The notes beneath the pieces were generated by a model. That model ran no database searches. It was not told where the DNA came from and saw only the letters and a program-made list of their open reading frames with translations. A program made the translations under genes and the position numbers. DNA of 64,000 bases from the NCBI RefSeq assembly GCF_006345805.1, contig NC_043007.1:64666001-64730000 (forward strand). Direction: 5' to 3'. Shown here in pieces: positions 52,419 to 64,000 of the stretch; positions within the stretch are counted from its first letter, which is position 1; every line of letters begins with the position of its first letter. The DNA is from Octopus sinensis. Taxonomy: Eukaryota.

Positions 52419-53729
52419 GAATATCTTTCTTTGATTGTCCATGCTTAATATTTTTCTCTTTGTGGTTTTATGATTCTAAACATCATTAAAGAGAGTTTAT
52501 GTTTACATGTTATTTGGATAATCTCAGCTGTTTTAAAATTTTCGACTCATTATATTCCCTTTGTGGGAGTATATCATACATGTAAGTAGTATTTCTACAT
52601 AGAATGAAATGAGAAAGCAGTATGCAGCCTGACTTCAGGAGAGGTACTGAGAGAAAGAATAAAAACTTTTAGAAAGTCCCATGTAGGAACCAAGATAGAG
52701 AATAATCCTGTTAGTACTGTGTGAAAATAGTAGTTGGTCCTACCTTTTGTCTTATATGGTGCCATGTTCGTTTAGTAAATTTCCTTTGCAAATTGCTACA
52801 AAATTATTATAGTTTCTTTTAATAATCTGCAAAGAAAAAGAAAATTGATATAAATAGGGAACCTAATACATGAAATAATGTTTCTGTATATGTGTGTGTG
52901 TGTGTGATTATTTACATGTGCTTGCATGTGTATGTGAGAGTATGAATGTGTGTATATATTAAAAAGTGTACATTAATAAACAAATATTGAAATAATAAAC
53001 AATTATTATTGTGGTGAAAAATGGTAGTGAGATATGTAGTAAAGAAAGATCAGTTGAATGATAAACATCAAAGTAATTATAGAATAGAAACAAGCAAGTA
53101 ATGTCCTGGCTGTGAGGGAGGGGTTAAAATTTAGCTGCTTGAAAAGGACCAATAATGTTAGAAATTTTCACTTGAACTTACTCAAGGAGAGAAAGAAAGC
53201 CAGCAGAGAAACTAGCCCTAAACTGCCAACAGTATTCCATACAAGAATGAATAAAAGATTTATAAAAAGGAAGAATATGTTTGTGGGAAAGATCACAATG
53301 TGCTCAATTGAGAAAACCAACCTTCACAGCAGCTGATTTAGCCATTGATCTAACGTAATCATTCCACTGAGATCTCTAGAAAAAGTTGGAACATCATAGT
53401 AGTTTGTGAAATAATTAATGAAAAGAAGTTTAGTTTTTGTGGAGTTGAAAGTATCCAACCACCAGCACCTTCAATTAGTCTCACTAAATGCAGATTAAAC
53501 ATAGAAGTCTTTTGGTTACAAGTGTTGGTCAATTAACATGTGGTGAATGCATTATCCTGTCAAATATGGTAACTAGAGTTATCTTGAAGAGAAGTGATAT
53601 TTAAATGAAATAGTTTCAGAAGTAGTAGCTGTAATGTTTTTTTCCATGCTAGCATGGAAAGCGGACGTTAAACGATGATGATGATGATTGTGAATATTTT
53701 TTTTGAGCTGGTGGTTGGGCATTGAAATT

Positions 53730-53782
<53 letters not shown>

Positions 53783-55039
53783 AAAGGAACAGCTGTTGCT
53801 GTGAATGCTCCCTCTCTCATGTTTAGGATGTGGTGTTCCATATTACTTGACTATAATGCAATCTGGAATATGGTGTAACCAATTTTTCTACCTGAATATC
53901 AGGAATATATTCTACCCTCTTATTTTTCCATTTTCATTTTAGTATACTGGTACCATGTAATTTTGACTCTAATGTTTTGTATCAAATTTCACACATTTTG
54001 CAGGAGTAAATACAATATCTGTCACCTGTTACAGTGTAGAGAGAATTGCTTCAGATTCTTTAAAATATTTTGTGATTTGTAATTGGGGAACCTATAAAAA
54101 ACATTGTCTTGTTTACTTATTGACATCATGTTTTGATGGAAGTCATAAGCAACTGGCTTTTTGTAAGCACACATGTAAATTTTTCACTTCAAGAAGGTGT
54201 ATCAAGGGAAAGTAGGTCTGGTCATTTCCATCTGTCTACAATCTATGTCCTTAAGAGGGTTTGAATTCAACTCTGAAAACTAACACAAGTCAACTTTCAT
54301 GTGCTACCATTCATTAGAATATTGATTTTCTTTTCTTGCAATATGTTACTAAGTGGTGAGATAGTTTCAATTTTAAGTGACTCAAGGGTATATTTAATAC
54401 AATTCCAGTGACTGGAGATGACCTATCACTATTTACATTTTCTATACAAATGTACATCGTAGAATTACTTGGAAGTAGATGAGCCAATGGAGGAAACACA
54501 AAATGGTTGGAATAACAGTTAAATCACTTTCATATCAAACCCTACCATCTTATAAATGTAGCCTCATTGTCAGCATCAACCTTGTTTTAATGTCCACTAT
54601 TCCATTCTTGCATGGGTCAGAAAGACTTTGTTAAGATGCATATATCTATAGCTGGGTACCCTTCCAATTGCCAACCCTCACCTGTTTCCAAGTAAGATGA
54701 TATTTCACCATGACCAGACATATTTTTATGGAAGATTGAAAATGAACACCACTTGCATGATGGTGACACATGTTTACAACTGTCACATGAAGTCCATGTA
54801 ACTAAACAGCAACACATGCACACATGTAGCACACACGTGCATGTGTATGTGTTCATGTGTGTGTGTGTGTGTGTGTGTACATATCAAGTGTACTGAAAAG
54901 TAATGAATTTTCAAGCAAACAGTCTGGTGTCATACCACAAATAATTTAATTTACAAGCCAGTAAAAGGTGTTTTAGCAATCAACCAATCAGTATATGGTT
55001 AATGAACAAATGTTTATGTGGACATGTACTGTATAGCCC

Positions 55040-55590
55040 ATGGAAGATGAGGACTTTAGTGAGCTGCATTTTCAACATTGTATACTTTATGAATTTTATA
55101 AGGGTAACAATGCAATATGTACAAGGGAAAACATATGTACTATATATCCTATTGGTGTGTGTAGAGTATTCATGTGAAAGTGTTGAGGACTTATTCCAGA
55201 GATTTAATCTTGGTCTTTTATGCAAGGTCATCTTAGGCAGATTGAGAAAGTGTATAGAGAAGGGAAATGAGTACAACAGAGAGTCCTCCTACAACATGAT
55301 GCAAGGCCACATTCAGCAAAGGTAACTCAAAGAAGTATAAATTCTTTAGGCTATGCAGCTTTACATTTCACTCATTACACACTAAACATAACACCATCAG
55401 ATTTTCACTTATTCAGGTCACTTGAACTCTACCAGTGGAAAAACATTCAGAAGCAGAGATGACATTAAAATGGCACTCAAAACATTTTTCGCTTCTAAAG
55501 AACTTGATTCTTTTGCTTAAGGAATCAGAAAACTTGTTTCAAGGCTGGAAAACGTTATTGCTATTGATAGCAATTATACTTCCAATGAAT
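55040..55590 (+). mobile_element. Internally deleted mariner
   Basis: N-terminal LHFQHCILYEFYKGNNA joined after ~350 bp to C-terminal SDFHLFRSL...KLVSR.ENVIAID. The catalytic middle is missing. Confidence 0.75.
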
Positions 55591-56003
55591 ATATATATTT
55601 AGAATATAATTTATACAGATTTGAACTCATTATATACAATGTGACATTATTTTCGATAGCCCTGATATGTGTGTGTGTATGCATGTATGTATGTGTGTGT
55701 ATATAAGATATATGTGTGTGTATGTGTTTATATATATATATATCATCTTCATTATCATTGTTTAATGTCCATCTTCCATACATGGGTAGGACAGTTGACA
55801 AGTGCCTGCCAGGACTACCCCATGCAAGTGGTTTTCTTCATTTCCAGTCTACCATATATATATAGACCTCCCCACCACACAGGGCTTTGAGGCCATAATC
55901 TAGTCAATATTTTTTTCATTTTGTAAAATACTGTTATTTTTGGATGGAATATTGTGTTTTATTTTCCTTTTATGCAAACTGTCAACTTTTATTTGAAGAC
56001 TCT

Positions 56004-56407
56004 GGGTGGCTGTGTGGTAAGTAGCTTGCTTACAAACCACGTGGTTCCCGGTTCAGTCCCACTGCATGGCACCTTGGGCAAGTGTCTTCTACTATAGCCT
56101 CGGGCCAACCAAAGTCTTGTGAATGGATTGGTAGACGGAAACTGAAAGAAGCCCGTCGTATATATGTATATATATATATGTATGTGTGTGTATATGTTTG
56201 TGTGACTGTGTTTGTCTCCCCAACATCACTTGATAACTGATGCTGGTGTGTTTATGTCCCCGTAACTTAGCGGTTCGGCAAAAGAGACCGATAGAATAAG
56301 TACTAGGCTTACAAAGAATAAATCCTGGGGTCGATTTGCTCGACTAAAGGCAGTGCTCCAGCATGGCCACAGTCACATTCATGAAACAAGTAAAAGAGTG
56401 AAAGAGT
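56004..56407 (+). mobile_element. tRNA-derived SINE copy
   Basis: Collinear with 26687-27083. Confidence 0.85.
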
Positions 56408-56983
56408 ATATATATATATAGTACATGCATGGATGGAACATTAGCCATGTGTCTCTCTTTTCACTCTCATATAATGTTATAACTTTTCAATATTTGTTAT
56501 CTAGTTTGTGTTGTTTACCAACTCTAAACCAATAAAAAAGGCTATGCACTTCCATCTAGAATATATGAGGTATTGTCAATATTACAAAGTGCAGTAATTG
56601 GCATGAATCTACTAGTAAAATTCTGACCATAAGCAGTGATATGCTGATCAATGATATATAAATACTTATTTATATACTCACACTCATACTTACTACATGT
56701 GTGCGTGTGTGTATGTGTGTGTGTGTATGTGTGTGTGTTTATACAGGTATATTTATATACTTTTATATGTTTATATACATTAGCATAACCATGTTATCAA
56801 AAATGCCAACAGTTTTATTAATGATAGAAAATGGCATATGAAAACAATGAGAGAAAACATTAAATGTCAGAAATTGAGTAAATATATGTATATACTCAGA
56901 ATTAAAGCACTTGAAGAACCAGGTATTCTTGTAACATTTGAGTTAAAAATATTATTGTCCACATAATGTGTGTATCTATGTAC

Positions 56984-57027
<44 letters not shown>

Positions 57028-57419
57028 CATACAGATAGTTAGATAGATATTATATATATATAAAATATCCACTTTTTCATGCTTAGATTTTGAATCGTTT
57101 GATGCTCTTCTTGTTGCCAAACCTCAGCTACTTTCAAGTAATATTTCACCATGCCTACAAATATTTACTTGGCAGAGTGGAAATGAAGAGCACTTCTTGC
57201 ATAACAGTGACACTTGCTTACAAACATTGCTTGATGCCAGGGTAAAGTGACAGTAAACCACACATGCATGCATGAACACAGACACACACACACACACACA
57301 CACACATACACACAGGAATAGCGTTCCTCCACTATACACACACACATGTTTATATATGGACATACATATACATAATGGTTTGGTTGGCATCCTTTCTGTC
57401 TCGGGAGACAATGGAGTTG

Positions 57420-57890
57420 CACATAAAGTAGTCTAGTCCGGCTTTTATATTTCATGTCCTGATACATTTCCTGCTGTGGCTGTGTAGTCCTATCCTGGAC
57501 AAATACACCCTCTGGCAGGTACCGCAAATGTAGCGAAGACTGTTCCTGGCTGGTTGTAATGCTATAGTCTCTTGTTGACGTTTCTTCTTTTCTTTCCATT
57601 TCTCCTCTCTCTCTCTCTGTCACTCCTTTGTATTCCCACTTTTACGGTACGTCGCGATTCTCCACGGTTGCCGGCAACTGCCTCCCAACCGCTAATATTG
57701 ATGTTGCAGGCCTTCATGTCCCTTTTGCAAACATCCTTGTAACGTAAGATCGGTCTACCCACAGACCTAGTACCCCAAGCAAGCTCTCCGTAGAGTATGT
57801 CCTTGGGGATTCTGCCATCTTTCATACGGCTGACATGCCCAAGCCATCTCATACGTCTTTGTGTGAGGAGTGCAAACATGCTTGGTATTT
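57420..57890 (-). mobile_element. RTE (BovB/Expander-like) LINE 3' fragment, a different family from 18959-19749
   Basis: QRRMRWLGHVSRMKDGRIPKDILYGEL..G.RSVGRP.LRYKD and terminal CGTCQRVYLSRIGLHSHSRKC. Confidence 0.85.
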
Positions 57891-58554
57891 CTCTTTCTTC
57901 TCCCTCTCTATTCCACTCCTAATATTCTAAATGTTTTCAGTACTGACAGCTTGCTGTCGTGTTTTAAATGCTCTCATCGCTGACAACCTCTTAGAATTTC
58001 ATTAAGTAAATTACTTGCTTCTACCCCCACTGCATGAATATTCTGACCATCGTCCCTTAATTCACTGGCAGTCCTGGCCATTTTTATTTTTTATTCTGCC
58101 ACACGATGACCGAGACGCAAAGCTAAGAACATATACATAAGTGTATATGGATATACATATACATATGTATGTATGAATGTGTGTGCATGCATACATGCTT
58201 GTTTACATTTCTTAGATTGATGAAATTGGTGTAATTGACAATTTCACATGAACAATATCCTGCTTTGCAGATGTGTAAAATATCTTTTACTTGGGAAAGG
58301 AAATAAAGGCTAGTATCAGAAAGGGCAAGCATATCTCCCACTCTCTCTCTCCTATGTTTGTCCCCCCAACATCACTTGACAACCGATGCTGGTGTGTTTA
58401 CGTCCCCATAACTTAGTGGTTTGATAAAAGAGACCGATAGAATAAGTATTAAGCTTACAAAGAATAAGTCCTGGGGTTGACTTACTCGACTAAAGGTGGT
58501 GCTCCAGCATGGCCACAGTCACATGACTGAAACAAGTAAAAGAGTAAAAGAGTA

Positions 58555-58585
<31 letters not shown>

Positions 58586-59869
58586 ATATATATACACATA
58601 CACACTGAGTTCTAGAAGTGTTGTGGCCCACCCACACTTAACAAGAAAACTTCATACACTCTACCACAACAAACCAAGCTACATCTCTTCTCTTCCTCAA
58701 ATTTCCTCCTTCATATACTGTACCTACCTCTCACTCCCCAATCCTGTCTCCACAGCCCTGTTCCTCTGTATCATTGCTACTTGGTTGTCCCCTGACACTA
58801 TATATACCCAGGTTTTTACCACTCTACCCCCTCCACACTCTTCAATCATGCTTCCTCCCAATATTCTGCCACTTATATTATGACGTTTGAAACTCAAGGG
58901 TGTACTCTGGTACTTGCCACCATCTATATCTCTCTCTTCTTTTACTCAGCCATCCCATTTATATTCTGATCCTCGTCCGTTTTGAGTATGATCAGCACTT
59001 TGCCACCATCTCTATCCTGCTATCTCCCACTCTCTCTCTCCTTCTCCTGCACTTCCCTCAGTTTGGGTAACCATGTATTTCCTTTGCGACAGTGAACCTG
59101 TTTCTGTCTTCATTCCTGATCTCTCTTTCTCTCTGGCTGGATAACCTTGTACCTTCTCTACAGCAAGATACCTGATTCAGTCTCTCTGTCTCACTATTAC
59201 CTTTCATCATCTGACACAAGATCACCTCCTCCATTGCTCCCTCCCCTCTCAAAAGAGATTTGTTTTTTGTCTTGCAAGTACTTGGTGACACTGTCAGTGC
59301 AGGTGCCACTTCAAAGCACACTGTAAAGTGGTTGGGGTTTGGAAGGGCATCCAGCTGTAAAAACTTTGCCAAACTTGTGCTTGTGCCATGTAAAAAGCAC
59401 TAAGTGCACTCCACTGAGTGGTTGATGTAAGGAAGAGCATGCAGCTGTAAAAATCCTGTCAAAACAGTTGCAGAAGCCTGGTGCAGGCTTCTGCCTGGCC
59501 AGCTCCTATCAAACCATCCCACTCATGCCTGCATGGAAAGCGGTTGTTAAGCAATGATGATGATGATGATGATATATATATATATATTATATATATATAA
59601 TATATATTCTTTATTTAAAGCAGCAGAAAATTCAACAAAACCTGTTACTCTGAGTTTCCCGTTGCCGTTCGTCGTACAGTTTTTGCTAGAATGGAACCGA
59701 TATGTCAATTCTATCCTGACTATTACAAATGCTACACCTTTTAAAAAAAAAAAAAAGCATATTACTCTACCACTGGTATTTGAGTACTCCTTTTTCCACC
59801 TGTTTCACATTTATGTGTTTACTCCAGTATATATATATATATATATATATATATGTTTATTTATATATG

Positions 59870-59905
<36 letters not shown>

Positions 59906-60037
59906 ATATATATATATATTAACATCCATGTGTTTGTATATATGCAGGTGTAAACACACTCACACACTTATGAATAAGTTTATACACACACTTTCTCTCT
60001 CCCCCCCTCTCTCTCTCTCTCTCACACACACACATTT

Positions 60038-60257
60038 AAAGGGTGCCCATAAATTACTGTTATGGTATGAAAAATTTAGAAGAAATAAAAAAAACATGGA
60101 TAACTAAGCAGGGTTTATTAAAAGCATAGGTAAAAAAAAGTTTTATTAGAAACTTCAGAATACTTCGACGTGGTTGCAAAGAAGTTGATTGATGGATCTC
60201 AACTTTAATAGATACAATAAATTGTGCAAGTTGTGAAGATATTTTGTGAACACCCTG
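60038..60257. mobile_element. Tc1/mariner-type MITE
   Basis: Imperfect TIRs agggtgcccataaatt / attttgtgaacaccctg. Confidence 0.5.
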
Positions 60258-61189
60258 TTTATATATGCAAAGATACCAGAATCCAAAAATACATATACAC
60301 ACTTGTACATGTATATAAATGGAAATTAATAAATACTAATGAAGATGTATACTCACACACACATGCATTTATCCTCCCAGCTTTCTATTCACACATACAC
60401 ACATGAATAATATGCATATACGATTCATATTTAAAATTAGATTTAACTAAGGTACGTCACTCTGCAAATCTATTTTGTAATGCTGTTTGAGTACTCTACC
60501 TTGCCTGCCTATCTATGCATCTGATACAAGTCTCTCCCTTTTTGTCTGTCTGCCTGTAGGTGTATAAACAATGGTTCTATTTAAATATACCTCTGCATTT
60601 TATAGTATACGTATTTACAACTGATTATTGTTCTGTCTGCGTTTATTCATTCATATATACATACGTGTGTGTACACATACACACGCACATTTATACACAT
60701 ATAGATGCATACACATTCACATACATATACGCATGCGTACATAGATGATAGGTATACACGTAAACAGAAGCACTATCTCGCACATATTTTCAGATGAATA
60801 TAACCACTGAGAACTTTCATGCAGGGGTTTACAATTTTATATTTTATCATTATTTTTTTTATTTATTACAGTTTTATTTATCGAACCGCCATTCTTTTCT
60901 TGACTTACTTTGTTTTCATTATATACAAACGATTCCTATTATTTCAGCAACTTCCCAGGTGAACGTGCGGTGTACCCTATTCCCTTCTCACAAACATTGT
61001 GCAAGCGCATAAATGTGTCAGTGAGATGCGTAATTGCAGTTCAATGAGTAATCTATTGATTTTTAAATTGTGTTTACGTGTGTCTAATACCTTAGTAAGT
61101 TCTTAAAAATTTTCTTGTATGCTGGTTTTGAAACATCATCTCCCCTAGCCTTAATTGTGTACAGCGATACCCTTGGATACATATAATAT

Positions 61190-63125
<1,936 letters not shown>

Positions 63126-63601
63126 CACATACTTGCATGCATGCACACACACACCCACGTCTGCATACGCACATACACGCACACATCCACACGCGCGCGC
63201 AAAAAATTCCATATCACGTCTATATACGCACAGGAAAAATGCAGGATGGAAGGTGGAATACAGAAAAATTATGTGTAAAAAATATATGAGCAATAAAACT
63301 ATGAAACAATATCTCTGTAAATATATAAAGAAATATATAAAAAATATATAAGAAATATAAATTAAAAATATATGAGAAATATAAGTAAAAATTATAGAAA
63401 GCTATTAGGTTTGTACGGGGACACAAAAATGACAGATCGGATGGCTTTCTATTATGCGATTACTATAAACATTTTTACTCCCATACCTTTACTTCCTCCC
63501 CTTACTTAGCGGTCATTCTAATAGCTCTTTTGTCTTAAAAACGGTCAATCACACAGTAATTTCCCTTTGTTTAACGGTCATTTTCATAGCATTTTTTCAG
63601 A

Positions 63602-63675
63602 TGGCCTGATAACTGAAGAGATGCCGGCGTGGGTTTCCTCTCCGACATCCGAAACTCGGAGTTTTATCATGGCTA
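63602..63675 (+). ncRNA. Candidate type I hammerhead ribozyme (Penelope/retrozyme-like)
   Basis: Stem I TGATAA(63607-12)/TTATCA(63664-69), extended past a bulge by TGGCC/GGCTA. Core CTGAAGA at 63613-19. Stem II GATGcCGG/CCGaCATC. GAAA at 63651-54. Palindromic stem III ACTC-G-GAGT, then the GUU site. One extra C precedes GAAA. Confidence 0.65.
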
Positions 63676-64000
63676 CCGAATAATTGTCAAATATTATATT
63701 TACAGATAAATTCCTCTATTTACACAATATCAAAGTCTCTTTCGTTCTTTTGTTGCATTGCCATTTCTATCAATATGTATATATTTGCACACACGCATAT
63801 ATATATATATACACACACATATGTATGTATGCATATATTTACATATGTACGTATATATATATATGCATGTATATATATATTATATATATGTATGCATATA
63901 TTTACATATGTATATATATATTTAGCACAATCCCTTCCTGCATCTTCCAGATGTATATTACTGCATATCTCTCCTGTCTTCACTCCAGAGAATAGGGTCT

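Noticed and set aside
63601-63681. Possible plus-strand terminal exon (ttttttcag|AT GGC CTG...ACC GAA TAA)
   Set aside because: No recognisable protein and no partner exons. The same bases are better explained by the hammerhead fold.

Overview
Eukaryotic, AT-rich, repeat-dense animal DNA. The SINE/RTE/microsatellite complement and the channel sequence suggest a cephalopod, probably Octopus (inference). The only host gene I can support is the 5' end of a voltage-gated sodium channel alpha subunit (Nav1, para/SCN-type) on the minus strand, with four coding exons: 11006-10732, 6081-5963, 4780-4697 and 1226-1098. They encode the N-terminus and domain I S1-S3, about 203 aa, and the gene continues off the left edge. 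The intron between coding exons 2 and 3 is a U12-type AT-AC intron. The first coding exon is exactly one nucleotide short, most likely a homopolymer assembly error. The remaining ~53 kb upstream is mobile DNA and simple repeats: several Tc1/mariner relics (one DD37D), RTE, Tx1, CR1 and CRE-like LINE fragments, Penelope-like RT and GIY-YIG fragments, non-autonomous Helitron-like elements, MITEs/foldbacks, tRNA-derived SINEs and long (TA)n tracts. Two candidate type I hammerhead ribozymes (13479-13542 and 63602-63675) fold convincingly by eye, and four degenerate relatives are also present. All alignments and folds were done by eye, so TE boundaries are approximate.
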